A stretch of 63,946 nt of DNA, the filler included, from Stramenopiles sp. TOSAG23-6 (lineage: Eukaryota): the NCBI GenBank assembly GCA_900128565.1. It is 33 parts of 33 records of this genome, joined end to end, with 100 filler letters (N's around TTAATTAATTAA, not from the genome) between each part and the next. Parts side by side here need not be neighbours in the genome. Positions count along the whole stretch, not along the records: positions 51,001 to 52,350 come from LT639196.1; positions 52,451 to 53,800 come from LT639197.1; positions 53,901 to 55,250 come from LT639198.1; positions 55,351 to 56,700 come from LT639199.1; positions 56,801 to 58,150 come from LT639200.1; positions 58,251 to 59,599 come from LT639201.1; positions 59,700 to 61,048 come from LT639202.1; positions 61,149 to 62,497 come from LT639203.1; 25 more parts are not named here. The stretch is one strand, 5' to 3'. This document shows, piece by piece, positions 50,901 through 63,946 of the stretch (its first letter is position 1; each line of letters starts with the position of its first letter). The notes below the pieces were generated by a model. It worked only from the letters and a program-made list of their open reading frames with translations, did no database searches and was not told where the DNA came from. The translations under genes and the position numbers were made by a program.

Positions 50901-51479
50901 NNNNNNNNNNNNNNNNNNNNNNNNNNNNNNNNNNNNNNNNNNNNTTAATTAATTAANNNNNNNNNNNNNNNNNNNNNNNNNNNNNNNNNNNNNNNNNNNN
51001 AAATATCACTATTTTTGCTGCGATGCTTCATTGTATTGAATTATGCGTGTTGGTCATACTCGAGGAATAATATTAAATAGTCAATTATATAAGAAACCCT
51101 AATTAATACGTAATATTCTATATTTCTAAATATATTGTCTTCTCTCTCTCTCTCAAGACTTGAGTTGAGACTTCGACTCGAGCGGAAGAACAGAAGAAGT
51201 TGCGAAAACCCTAACCCTAGCTAAAACCCTAACCCTAGCTAAACCCTAATGATTTTTCGTTTTTAGTCATTTTTCAATTCAGTTACATAATCATTAATCA
51301 AGGAAGGACACCTCAAGATAGTCTCTTTTTTTACAAACGATACTACTTTTTACTGGCTAATATTACGACACTTTACACAGCTATTGTATTCATTACCATA
51401 AAATATAAAGTCATATTGAATCAATTACTGTAATTATTTAAGTTACACTTCATCGTCCGACGACAAATTCGAGCAAACA

Positions 51480-52327
51480 ATGAATAGTATATTAAACTCT
51501 GTTGAACATGAGGTCAGTGTAATGAATGAGAATATTACGAAGAAAATAACCCATGCGGAGTCTGTAATTACTCAAGAAGTAAACAATATTGAACACAAGG
51601 TCAGTGTAGTGAATGAGAATATTGCTAATCAAGTACAACTTGTTGAGTCTGTCATGACTCAAGAATTAAACAATATTGAACATGAAGCTAAAAGCATAGC
51701 ATCCACTGTGAAACATGAAATAAGCCACATTGAACAAAAGATATCTAAAGGTAAAGACAAAGAACCAATGGAAATTCAAGCCAAAGTAGATCAAAAAGTA
51801 AATACTTCAAGTGATGTTGTAGATCAAAAAGTAAATACTTCAAGTGATGTTGTAGATCAAAAACTAAATTCTACTACTGATATTATAGATCAAAAAGTAA
51901 ATACTACTACTGATATCGTAGATCAAGAAGTGGAAAAGCTCACTCTACAACTGGGCGAGATTTTCAAAGAGGTTGAACAATTAGAGAAAAAAAGTATAGA
52001 ATTAGAATCAAAAATACCTGACATCAGTAAACGAACTGCTGAAAAATTGTCATTGGAATCTTCAGAAACTAAAGAGGAGTTCACAGTATTCCTAACATCA
52101 AAAATAGATATTACTGACACTTTATACTCAACCTTGCAAAAAAAACAATATGAAAAAAACAATGAAGGGAATAATATTACATCTACACAACCCAAATCAA
52201 GCCTAGAGTATCGATATCACGTATTAAAAGAAATGATTTCCCTGGCAAATGTTCAGTTTTCACTATTACAAACATATGGAAAGACGTTATCTACAGTACA
52301 ACAACTGTCTGCTGAACACGAATGCAT
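51480..52327 (+). CDS. Hypothetical coiled-coil/repeat protein, first exon
   Basis: Long ORF with 11-aa VDQKVNTSSDV repeats, ending at a family donor site. Confidence 0.6.
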
Positions 52328-52517
52328 GTATGTTTTATTTTTTTTTTTTTNNNNNNNNNNNNNNNNNNNNNNNNNNNNNNNNNNNNNNNNNNNNTTAATT
52401 AATTAANNNNNNNNNNNNNNNNNNNNNNNNNNNNNNNNNNNNNNNNNNNNTTCGAAATTTGTTAGGTACAAAATTTCGTACGAAAAAATAAATTTGAAAT
52501 TCATAGTGAAAACGTAC

Positions 52518-53400
52518 CAGGAGCATAACCACCGGCAGACCCATCAGGAATATTATTTGGATTATTACTTGTTGCAATCTTAGTCCCACGACGCTGTGCG
52601 GTGAGTTGAATTTCTTCAGCTGATCCAACAGGATATTTCGCTCGATGTGACGCTCTGTCTGTTCTTATCCAATTACTGACAAGGCTAATCAAAGATTGAC
52701 CAGAGCAAAGCTTATTGGCATCTCCAGCACGTGTGACATTCCCTCGCCATAAGTATATGATATGGTTTGGCCAATTGTCAAGACCACCAAAAATATGAGT
52801 TGCGTATATAATTGTCACCCCACGTTCTTCAGTTTCTTGTTTTAGATAAGCAAGTAAATCCATCCGTGTTACAACGTCCAAGTCTGTAGTAATTTCGTCT
52901 AAGAGAAGAACTTCAAATGGTTTAAGAAGACCAAGCATAATTTGAACTCGTCGACGTTGACCATCAGATACCTTATGCATGCGCCACTGTGGATCTATAT
53001 CCAGTAACTCGTAAAGTCGTTCTCGTCTTTTTGGATATTTATCTTGTAAACTTTTCATCATTTCACAGCATGGAATATCCGCAGTCATAGGAACCCCGAA
53101 ACCAACAAATGCGACAGTACGTTTACCCCAATCACCACCAAGATAGGATCTNAGCTCATTGAGTTCAGAATCGAAGTCAGCGCGGCGACCTAATACAGTC
53201 ACCTGTGTACCTTGAGTCCAGTGTTTGCCACCTAATATACGAAGAAGAGTAGTCTTGCCTGCACCGTTGTCTCCCACAAGCAAACAACGACTTCCTCTCG
53301 GAATGTTAAATGATACATCTCTTAATACGAGTGGATCATTGCCATACTTGAATTCTAAATTTTTGGCGCACAATGCTGGTTCTTCTTTAGATTGAGACAT
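52518..53400 (-). CDS. Soluble ABC ATPase (Caf16/ABCI-like)
   Basis: GDNGAGKTT, VSDGQRRRVQI, LLLDEITTDLDV, IYATHIFGG. Confidence 0.9.
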
Positions 53401-53967
53401 AATTTCTGTGTATCTTAATCGAAAAACACAACAATTATTCAGACAATTGAGGTGGAACACACGAAGTAGCTAGGGCTAGCAGTGTCGGTGCCACAGTTGA
53501 TGGACTGAAACATCAAAAAAAATAATCAAATTTTTTTTTTGAAAATTTGAAACTAAAATTGAGAAATTCAAATACAGAATATAAAACAAACAATATTTTC
53601 ATATTTAATGATTCATTTCTCAACATTTAGAATAATTGGATTACCATAGATGGTTTGATTGTAGGCTAGAAAATAATATAAAAACGAAATTCCAAAGATT
53701 TGAATTGAATATGAAAACTTGAAAAGCATATTTATAGTTACTCATGAATTCTACAGCCATACTAATAACAATAATAACAATTAATTGGTTTAAGCTGGTT
53801 NNNNNNNNNNNNNNNNNNNNNNNNNNNNNNNNNNNNNNNNNNNNTTAATTAATTAANNNNNNNNNNNNNNNNNNNNNNNNNNNNNNNNNNNNNNNNNNNN
53901 TTCGAAATTTGTTAGGTACAAAATTTCGTACGAAAAAATAAATTTGAAATTCATAGTGAAAACGTAC

Positions 53968-54850
53968 CAGGAGCATAACCACCGGCAGACCCATCAGGAA
54001 TATTATTTGGATTATTACTTGTTGCAATCTTAGTCCCACGACGCTGTGCGGTGAGTTGAATTTCTTCAGCTGATCCAACAGGATATTTCGCTCGATGTGA
54101 CGCTCTGTCTGTTCTTATCCAATTACTGACAAGGCTAATCAAAGATTGACCAGAGCAAAGCTTATTGGCATCTCCAGCACGTGTGACATTCCCTCGCCAT
54201 AAGTATATGATATGGTTTGGCCAATTGTCAAGACCACCAAAAATATGAGTTGCGTATATAATTGTCACCCCACGTTCTTCAGTTTCTTGTTTTAGATAAG
54301 CAAGTAAATCCATCCGTGTTACAACGTCCAAGTCTGTAGTAATTTCGTCTAAGAGAAGAACTTCAAATGGTTTAAGAAGACCAAGCATAATTTGAACTCG
54401 TCGACGTTGACCATCAGATACCTTATGCATGCGCCACTGTGGATCTATATCCAGTAACTCGTAAAGTCGTTCTCGTCTTTTTGGATATTTATCTTGTAAA
54501 CTTTTCATCATTTCACAGCATGGAATATCCGCAGTCATAGGAACCCCGAAACCAACAAATGCGACAGTACGTTTACCCCAATCACCACCAAGATAGGATC
54601 TNAGCTCATTGAGTTCAGAATCGAAGTCAGCGCGGCGACCTAATACAGTCACCTGTGTACCTTGAGTCCAGTGTTTGCCACCTAATATACGAAGAAGAGT
54701 AGTCTTGCCTGCACCGTTGTCTCCCACAAGCAAACAACGACTTCCTCTCGGAATGTTAAATGATACATCTCTTAATACGAGTGGATCATTGCCATACTTG
54801 AATTCTAAATTTTTGGCGCACAATGCTGGTTCTTCTTTAGATTGAGACAT
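53968..54850 (-). CDS. Exact duplicate contig of the ABC ATPase
   Basis: Identical to the previous contig, including the ambiguous N, at offset 1450. Confidence 0.9.
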
Positions 54851-55350
54851 AATTTCTGTGTATCTTAATCGAAAAACACAACAATTATTCAGACAATTGA
54901 GGTGGAACACACGAAGTAGCTAGGGCTAGCAGTGTCGGTGCCACAGTTGATGGACTGAAACATCAAAAAAAATAATCAAATTTTTTTTTTGAAAATTTGA
55001 AACTAAAATTGAGAAATTCAAATACAGAATATAAAACAAACAATATTTTCATATTTAATGATTCATTTCTCAACATTTAGAATAATTGGATTACCATAGA
55101 TGGTTTGATTGTAGGCTAGAAAATAATATAAAAACGAAATTCCAAAGATTTGAATTGAATATGAAAACTTGAAAAGCATATTTATAGTTACTCATGAATT
55201 CTACAGCCATACTAATAACAATAATAACAATTAATTGGTTTAAGCTGGTTNNNNNNNNNNNNNNNNNNNNNNNNNNNNNNNNNNNNNNNNNNNNTTAATT
55301 AATTAANNNNNNNNNNNNNNNNNNNNNNNNNNNNNNNNNNNNNNNNNNNN

Positions 55351-56700
55351 TGCGTCAAACGATACCAAAAGATAAACAATTATTCAACAGTGTGCACAGC
55401 CGGGGTAAAATCCAACGTCTGTGGCATATAATCGATAACAGCAATATTGGGTATATTACACTTACTGAGGTTATAGATTTCTTGATAAATGTGAAGGAAT
55501 TTTCCCGTTTCAATAATCTTGTTGCTGTAAAGTGTGCGTTTGATTGTACTGTCCATAATATTAGTGCACGAACCGATGGCACCTTGGGAAGGCACGACTT
55601 TCCATCACTACTAAAGAACATATATTACATAGATACCCTATTCACAGTATTTGGTGTCTCGCTTAATTCCAAAATTGACTTCGATGAGTTTTCTCTAGGT
55701 CTTGAAAAACTCGGTGTATCTGCCATTCCTGTAGAGGATAGAAGAAAAATATTTTCTTCTATATCCAATAATGGTAATAGTGATTATATACTTCTTAGCA
55801 GGCTTTGTGATTATACTTGCCGTCAAGCACAATCTCTATCGAAAAATCCCCCGCGCACAAAAAATAATAAATACTTTAAAAAACATTGGGTTGCAATATT
55901 TCAGCAACCAATTTTTGACATTCAAACTATGAGTCCATTACTTGGTACGGGAAGTAAAATTTTAGTGAACAGTGAAAATAAAACCGAAGAATCCAACAAA
56001 TCCGAAGATACCACTAAAATACATAAGGTACGCGAAGAAAGGGATTCGAGGTTCGCAACGGATGATCCTTCAGATGAGAAAGTAGATTCTAAACCAATTA
56101 AAAATGAAAAAATCAGCAATAAATTGAAAAAAAGCATGAGTAAATTCAAAAATGCCAGACGTTTTGCAATAAAAGCTTCTTTATTGGCATTAGGAAACGC
56201 TAAACGAAAATTGAGTAAAACTAAACAAAAAAAGAGTAAATTTCTAAACAACGTAAAATCTACGAAACCTGAGCTTCCACAAGTTGAAGTAAAAGAAGAA
56301 TTTTCGGAGGAAAATTTGGAAGCAGATCGGCAAGCGCATAAACAGGCTTTGCGAGGTGTACTAAATCAACTACCTTGCAATGAATTATCTTTTGCAAATA
56401 GAGAAGCACATAGAATTGCAATGCTCGGTATATTGAGTAATCTTCCTTGTTCTGATATGTCAAAAGCTGACTTAATGCTACATAAACAGGCTTTGCGAGG
56501 AGTATTAAATCAACTACCTTGCAATGAATTATCTTTTGCAAATAGAGAAGCACACAGAATTGCAATGCTTGGTATATTGAGTAATCTTCCTTGTTCTGAT
56601 ATGTCAAAAGTTAACTTGATGCTACATAAACAGGCCTTGCGAGGTGTATTGAATCAACTACCTTGCAATGAATTATCTGTTGCAAATAGAGAAGCACATA
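55351..56700 (+). CDS. EF-hand-like protein with 48-aa C-terminal tandem repeats
   Basis: DNSNIGYITLTE and KIDFDEF loops; 144-nt repeat at 56337, 56481 and 56625. Confidence 0.65.
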
Positions 56701-56800
56701 NNNNNNNNNNNNNNNNNNNNNNNNNNNNNNNNNNNNNNNNNNNNTTAATTAATTAANNNNNNNNNNNNNNNNNNNNNNNNNNNNNNNNNNNNNNNNNNNN

Positions 56801-57566
56801 CTAGAAGTCCGATATATTGTGCAACTTGGTTACCCGAGACGAGAATGGAGGGGAGATATTTAATAACTGGTTCAAGTTCAGGCGAATTTACACTTTGGAA
56901 TGGTCTTATGTTTAAGTTTGAAACAATCCTCCAAGCTCATGATACAGCTGTTCGAGCAATGGTTTGGACTCACAATAATGATTATATGGTCACTGCGGAT
57001 CACGGTGGTGCTATAAAATTCTTTAGAAGGCCATGGTTGGGATGTAAAATGTGTTGCATGGCATCCTTCACGGTCTATTATAGCAAGTGGCTCAAAAGAC
57101 AATGTTGTTAAATTTTGGGATCCCAAGTCAGGTGATTGCCTGTCATCACTACACGACCATAAAAATACAATTGTTAAGATTGAATGGAATAAGAATTCAA
57201 ATTGGTTACTGACAGCTTGTCGAGATGAAAAAATTCGATTATATGATGTTCGTAAAATGAGTCAACCAGGAAAATCAGCGCCAATGCGAGTTTATCAGGG
57301 TCATACCAAGGAAGTAACGTCTATTGCATGGCATCCATACCATGAAGACTCCTTTGTTAGTGGAGATTTTATAGGTACCTTAAATTATTGGAGTGTTGAG
57401 AAAGAAAATCCGGTCGAAACAATTGAAGCCGCGCATGATAGTGGGATTTGGGCTTTAGCGTGGCATCCAGCGGGACATGTTCTTTGTACTGGTAGCAATG
57501 ATCACACAACCCGATTTTGGAGTCGTGTTCGACCTGGTTGTTCTGTTACACAACAAAGAAGTATTT
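56801..57566 (+). CDS. WDR33/Pfs2/FY polyadenylation factor fragment with internal deletion and frameshift
   Basis: [62 protein letters not shown]. Confidence 0.9.
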
Positions 57567-57723
57567 NNNNNNNNNNNNNNNNNNNNNNNNNNNNNNNNNN
57601 NNNNNNNNNNNNNNNNNNNNNNNNNNNNNNNNNNNNNNNNNNNNNNNNNNNNNNNNNNNNNNNNNNNNNNNNNNNNNNNNNNNNNNNNNNNNNNNNNNNN
57701 NNNNNNNNNNNNNNNNNNNNNNN

Positions 57724-58150
57724 GTATATCAATTCATACATCTGTACCGCTTACTACGTCGTCCTTATCAAGATTAGAGAATAATAGAGATAAACCCGAT
57801 ACTGTTCATAAACCGCCGCCTGATTCATATACTTGCAATATTTGTGGTATTAAAGGACATTGGATTCAGCAATGCCCACAGAGAAATCCAGATGGAGGAG
57901 GCGGTGCAAGTAGTAGTTTTGGCAATAATGATAATTCATATCAATTCATACATCTGTACCGCTTACTACGTCGTCCTTATCAAGATTAGAGAATAATAGA
58001 GATAAACCCGATACTGTTCATAAACCGCCGCCTGATTCATATACTTGCAATATTTGTGGTATTAAAGGACATTGGATTCAGCAATGCCCACAGAGAAATC
58101 CAGATGGAGGAGGCGGTGCAAGTAGTAGTTTTGGCAATAATGATAATTCA
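57724..58150 (+). repeat. Duplicated segment of about 210 nt encoding a CCHC zinc knuckle
   Basis: PPPDSYTCNICGIKGHWIQQCP occurs twice with identical DNA next to an N gap. Confidence 0.75.
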
Positions 58151-58402
58151 NNNNNNNNNNNNNNNNNNNNNNNNNNNNNNNNNNNNNNNNNNNNTTAATT
58201 AATTAANNNNNNNNNNNNNNNNNNNNNNNNNNNNNNNNNNNNNNNNNNNNATGTACGTTTTCATCATGAATTTCTAATTTATTTATTTTTTTCATACGAA
58301 ATTTTGTACTTAAACAAAAAANATTTTTTTTTTTTTGACATGTATGTTTTCATCATGAATTTCTAATTTATTTCGAATTTGACATATTTTTTCACAAGAC
58401 AT

Positions 58403-59316
58403 GGAGCATCTTGTCCAGTAGGCATTGGTGTAAGTTGTAGTGCCGACCGTCAAGCTTGGGGGAAGATCACTGAAGAGGGTGTGTTTATTGAAGAATTAGA
58501 ACGTGACCCTGCTAAATACTTGCCTGATATTGATGAAAAAACTTTACTTGGTGGTGGTGATGTTCACGAGGTGAATTTAAATGATGGCATGGATAAAGTA
58601 TTATTGAAACTAAATGAATTACCAGTCAAATCTAGAGTATCTCTCACAGGCACGTTAGTAGTTGCTAGAGATATTGCACATGCTAAACTTTTGGAAAGAT
58701 TAAATAAGGATGGAGAGTTGCCACAGTATATGTACGCTTTCATTATAATTTATTTTTTTCCACTAGACTTATTTTTTCATACCAAAATTTGTACCTAATA
58801 AATTCTACATTTTTTTTTTTCACAATATAGGCGTGACCATCCTGTTTATTATGCAGGCCCTGCGAAAACTCCTGAAGGAATGGCATCTGGATCATTTGGT
58901 CCAACAACTGCAGGACGCATGGATAGTTATGTTGATGCATTCCAAGCAGCTGGCGGTAGTAAAATTATGCTTGCAAAAGGAAATCGAAGTAGCCAAGTGA
59001 CTCAATCATGTTTGTTCTCTCATTATGATTTGTTTTTGAAATATTTTTTTTCATTGAAATTTTTGTACCTAACAAAAATATCATTTTTTTTGAAATATTT
59101 TTTCACAACTCATGTAAAAAGCATGGCGGATTTTATTTAGGATCTATTGGAGGACCTGCGGCAGTTTTGGCTATGAATTGTATTAAAAAAGTCGAAGTAT
59201 TGGAATATGAAGAATTAGGTATGGAGGCTGTTTGGAAGATCGAAGTAGAGAATTTTCCTGCCTTTGTCGTGGTTGACAATAAAGGAAATGATTTTTTTTC
59301 TAAATGGCAAGCGTAA
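58403..59316 (+). CDS. Class I (Fe-S) fumarate hydratase, C-terminal exons
   Basis: [50 protein letters not shown]...[22 protein letters not shown]. Confidence 0.95.
58732..58830 (+). other. Family intron, canonical GT...AG
   Basis: TAT AT|GTACGC...CACAATATAG|G CGT gives PQYMRDHP. Confidence 0.85.
59010..59113 (+). other. Family intron, GT...AT
   Basis: TCA T|GTTTGT...TTCACAACTCAT|GT AAA gives VTQSCKKHGG; the intron contains no AG at all. Confidence 0.92.
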
Positions 59317-59851
59317 AAAAATGATATAATAAAGTATTGTTGACAATATCAGATTTATTATTGAAAAGATTCAAGTACCGATGGATAAGTTTTCTATTGA
59401 CTCATAAATTTCAATACTATCGTTAGGTCCTTTCTTTATACTATTATTAGGGTTAGGATTGGCTTCTTTCTTTAAACGATTATGAATACTTTTTACATTT
59501 ATTAGTATCTCTTTTTTAGATGTATTTATAATTTTTGGATTTTTTTTTTCTATCTCTTTTTTAGATGTATTTATAATTTTTGGATTTTCTTTTTCTATCN
59601 NNNNNNNNNNNNNNNNNNNNNNNNNNNNNNNNNNNNNNNNNNNTTAATTAATTAANNNNNNNNNNNNNNNNNNNNNNNNNNNNNNNNNNNNNNNNNNNNA
59701 TGTACGTTTTCATCATGAATTTCTAATTTATTTATTTTTTTCATACGAAATTTTGTACTTAAACAAAAAANATTTTTTTTTTTTTGACATGTATGTTTTC
59801 ATCATGAATTTCTAATTTATTTCGAATTTGACATATTTTTTCACAAGACAT

Positions 59852-60765
59852 GGAGCATCTTGTCCAGTAGGCATTGGTGTAAGTTGTAGTGCCGACCGTC
59901 AAGCTTGGGGGAAGATCACTGAAGAGGGTGTGTTTATTGAAGAATTAGAACGTGACCCTGCTAAATACTTGCCTGATATTGATGAAAAAACTTTACTTGG
60001 TGGTGGTGATGTTCACGAGGTGAATTTAAATGATGGCATGGATAAAGTATTATTGAAACTAAATGAATTACCAGTCAAATCTAGAGTATCTCTCACAGGC
60101 ACGTTAGTAGTTGCTAGAGATATTGCACATGCTAAACTTTTGGAAAGATTAAATAAGGATGGAGAGTTGCCACAGTATATGTACGCTTTCATTATAATTT
60201 ATTTTTTTCCACTAGACTTATTTTTTCATACCAAAATTTGTACCTAATAAATTCTACATTTTTTTTTTTCACAATATAGGCGTGACCATCCTGTTTATTA
60301 TGCAGGCCCTGCGAAAACTCCTGAAGGAATGGCATCTGGATCATTTGGTCCAACAACTGCAGGACGCATGGATAGTTATGTTGATGCATTCCAAGCAGCT
60401 GGCGGTAGTAAAATTATGCTTGCAAAAGGAAATCGAAGTAGCCAAGTGACTCAATCATGTTTGTTCTCTCATTATGATTTGTTTTTGAAATATTTTTTTT
60501 CATTGAAATTTTTGTACCTAACAAAAATATCATTTTTTTTGAAATATTTTTTCACAACTCATGTAAAAAGCATGGCGGATTTTATTTAGGATCTATTGGA
60601 GGACCTGCGGCAGTTTTGGCTATGAATTGTATTAAAAAAGTCGAAGTATTGGAATATGAAGAATTAGGTATGGAGGCTGTTTGGAAGATCGAAGTAGAGA
60701 ATTTTCCTGCCTTTGTCGTGGTTGACAATAAAGGAAATGATTTTTTTTCTAAATGGCAAGCGTAA
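59852..60765 (+). CDS. Duplicate contig of the fumarate hydratase
   Basis: Identical copy at offset 1449. Confidence 0.9.
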
Positions 60766-61300
60766 AAAAATGATATAATAAAGTATTGTTGACAATATCA
60801 GATTTATTATTGAAAAGATTCAAGTACCGATGGATAAGTTTTCTATTGACTCATAAATTTCAATACTATCGTTAGGTCCTTTCTTTATACTATTATTAGG
60901 GTTAGGATTGGCTTCTTTCTTTAAACGATTATGAATACTTTTTACATTTATTAGTATCTCTTTTTTAGATGTATTTATAATTTTTGGATTTTTTTTTTCT
61001 ATCTCTTTTTTAGATGTATTTATAATTTTTGGATTTTCTTTTTCTATCNNNNNNNNNNNNNNNNNNNNNNNNNNNNNNNNNNNNNNNNNNNNTTAATTAA
61101 TTAANNNNNNNNNNNNNNNNNNNNNNNNNNNNNNNNNNNNNNNNNNNNATGTACGTTTTCATCATGAATTTCTAATTTATTTATTTTTTTCATACGAAAT
61201 TTTGTACTTAAACAAAAAAGATTTTTTTTTTTTTGACATGTATGTTTTCATCATGAATTTCTAATTTATTTCGAATTTGACATATTTTTTCACAAGACAT

Positions 61301-62214
61301 GGAGCATCTTGTCCAGTAGGCATTGGTGTAAGTTGTAGTGCCGACCGTCAAGCTTGGGGGAAGATCACTGAAGAGGGTGTGTTTATTGAAGAATTAGAAC
61401 GTGACCCTGCTAAATACTTGCCTGATATTGATGAAAAAACTTTACTTGGTGGTGGTGATGTTCACGAGGTGAATTTAAATGATGGCATGGATAAAGTATT
61501 ATTGAAACTAAATGAATTACCAGTCAAATCTAGAGTATCTCTCACAGGCACGTTAGTAGTTGCTAGAGATATTGCACATGCTAAACTTTTGGAAAGATTA
61601 AATAAGGATGGAGAGTTGCCACAGTATATGTACGCTTTCATTATAATTTATTTTTTTCCACTAGACTTATTTTTTCATACCAAAATTTGTACCTAATAAA
61701 TTCTACATTTTTTTTTTTCACAATATAGGCGTGACCATCCTGTTTATTATGCAGGCCCTGCGAAAACTCCTGAAGGAATGGCATCTGGATCATTTGGTCC
61801 AACAACTGCAGGACGCATGGATAGTTATGTTGATGCATTCCAAGCAGCTGGCGGTAGTAAAATTATGCTTGCAAAAGGAAATCGAAGTAGCCAAGTGACT
61901 CAATCATGTTTGTTCTCTCATTATGATTTGTTTTTGAAATATTTTTTTTCATTGAAATTTTTGTACCTAACAAAAATATCATTTTTTTTGAAATATTTTT
62001 TCACAACTCATGTAAAAAGCATGGCGGATTTTATTTAGGATCTATTGGAGGACCTGCGGCAGTTTTGGCTATGAATTGTATTAAAAAAGTCGAAGTATTG
62101 GAATATGAAGAATTAGGTATGGAGGCTGTTTGGAAGATCGAAGTAGAGAATTTTCCTGCCTTTGTCGTGGTTGACAATAAAGGAAATGATTTTTTTTCTA
62201 AATGGCAAGCGTAA
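61301..62214 (+). CDS. Third copy of the fumarate hydratase contig
   Basis: Copy at offset 2898, identical except for one N resolved to G. Confidence 0.9.
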
Positions 62215-62705
62215 AAAAATGATATAATAAAGTATTGTTGACAATATCAGATTTATTATTGAAAAGATTCAAGTACCGATGGATAAGTTTTCTATTGACT
62301 CATAAATTTCAATACTATCGTTAGGTCCTTTCTTTATACTATTATTAGGGTTAGGATTGGCTTCTTTCTTTAAACGATTATGAATACTTTTTACATTTAT
62401 TAGTATCTCTTTTTTAGATGTATTTATAATTTTTGGATTTTTTTTTTCTATCTCTTTTTTAGATGTATTTATAATTTTTGGATTTTCTTTTTCTATCNNN
62501 NNNNNNNNNNNNNNNNNNNNNNNNNNNNNNNNNNNNNNNNNTTAATTAATTAANNNNNNNNNNNNNNNNNNNNNNNNNNNNNNNNNNNNNNNNNNNNTTT
62601 TTTTTAGAAATTTTTTTTTTTAGAAATTTTTTTTTTTAGAAATTTTTTTTTTAGAATTTTTTGTACCTAACAATTTTTTTTTCTGATATATTTGTAGCAT
62701 TACAT

Positions 62706-63946
62706 GTATACAATTTTACATAGTTCACGATGTTGGACTGCGTTAACTGGACATAAAAATGGTTTTGTTCATTTACGATATCCTTCTAGTTTAACGTATT
62801 TAAAAAAAGCTGAAGAAATGTCAAGATTAGATGCATTATTTGATACTTTTGCAACTGATACGAAACCGTCATTATTATCGATTGATAATCGTGGAGCTTT
62901 ACCTGAAGAAGCATGGCAACAATTACATGAAATGATGATTTGTTCTTCTAATAATAAATCAACAAATGTTTCTGTTGATACAAAGATTATTAATGATATT
63001 ACAAATAATGATACTAATAATGATGCTAATAATGATGATACAAATAATGGTACTAATAATGGTATAAATAATGATACAATACAGTCAACATTGAATTGTC
63101 CAACTAAATATTGGTCATGGGATGATGATCGTTCTTTATTATTTGGTGTTTTAAAACATGGTCGAAATGAATGGACTTTAATATCAAATGATGCATCACT
63201 TGGATTTGAAAACAGAGCAAAACAAATTTGGTTTCAAGAAATGAAATCTACAACAAACGAAATAGTATCAAATGATCAAAATAATATGAAAAATATTGAA
63301 GAAAATACGAAAATGATACAAAATTCTCAAACCAATACAAATGATACAAAAGATACAAATGATAAAACCAATACTAATGATATAAAAGATACAAAAGATA
63401 CGAAAATTATACAAAATTCTCAAACCAATACTAATGATAAAACTAATACTAATGATACAAAAGATACAATGTGGAATAAAACATTTTGGTGGCCACATGA
63501 AACAAATAGTAAAGGTAAAATTGTTATATCATCAAAAATTTTATCACAAAGAGTTGCGAAATTACTTCGATGTGTTCAAAAACGTGATTCAATACTTGAA
63601 AAACAAAGTCGTTTATTGGAAAGAAATGCAAAAGCTGAATTAAAAAAACAAAAAATTGCAGAAAAGAAGGCGAAATATTTAGAAAATAAACGAATTCAAA
63701 TTGAAAAAAAGAAACAAATTGAAGAATTGAAACAACAAAAAGCAGAAGAAAAAGCAAAAAAAGCAGAAGAAAAAGCCAAACAAATTGAATTGAAGAAATT
63801 AAATGCTGCTGCAAAAAAAGAAAAAGAAGAAAAACGAAAGAAAAAATTGGAAGAAGAAAGAGAAAAAATTCGTTCTAATTTTTTCAAACCAAAATCTGTA
63901 TCATCTGAAACAAATGGAAAGAAAAATATTAAAAAAAAATCAAAAG
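62706..63946 (+). CDS. CHD-type chromatin remodeler C-terminal region, fragment
   Basis: WSWDDDRSLLFGVLKHGRNEWTLISNDASLGF is SLIDE-like, followed by WWP...LSQRVAKLL and a Lys/Glu-rich coil; frame is open to the window end. Confidence 0.6.

Noticed and set aside
58251-62497. Tandem triplication of fumarase and duplication of the ABC ATPase (52451-55250)
   Set aside because: Copies have identical ends and share ambiguous bases, and they are separated by linkers; these are redundant contigs

Overview
This window is not one locus. It is about 33 unrelated contigs joined by N-padded TTAATTAATTAA spacers, mostly from an AT-rich microbial eukaryote (gene content is stramenopile-like; this is inference). 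It holds fragments of about 35 protein genes, including kinesin-14, ALIX/Bro1, TRRAP, two MAPKs, SNM1, class I fumarase, Der, an Nma111-like protease and several EF-hand proteins. Some contigs are exact duplicates and some look chimeric. The main finding is a family of roughly 60 related short introns (about 90-190 nt), oriented with their host genes. Restoring conserved reading frames by hand shows that most end in AT rather than AG: of the introns resolved at both ends, 21 are GT-AT, 5 GT-AG and 3 GT-TT. They share an extended branch-like motif (AAATTTYGTACCTAAC), a GAAATATTTTTC box, a near-fixed 9-nt spacer to the acceptor, short terminal inverted repeats and frequent AT direct repeats. This suggests an introner-derived intron class spliced without the AG rule. 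All splice calls come from DNA alone and need RNA confirmation.
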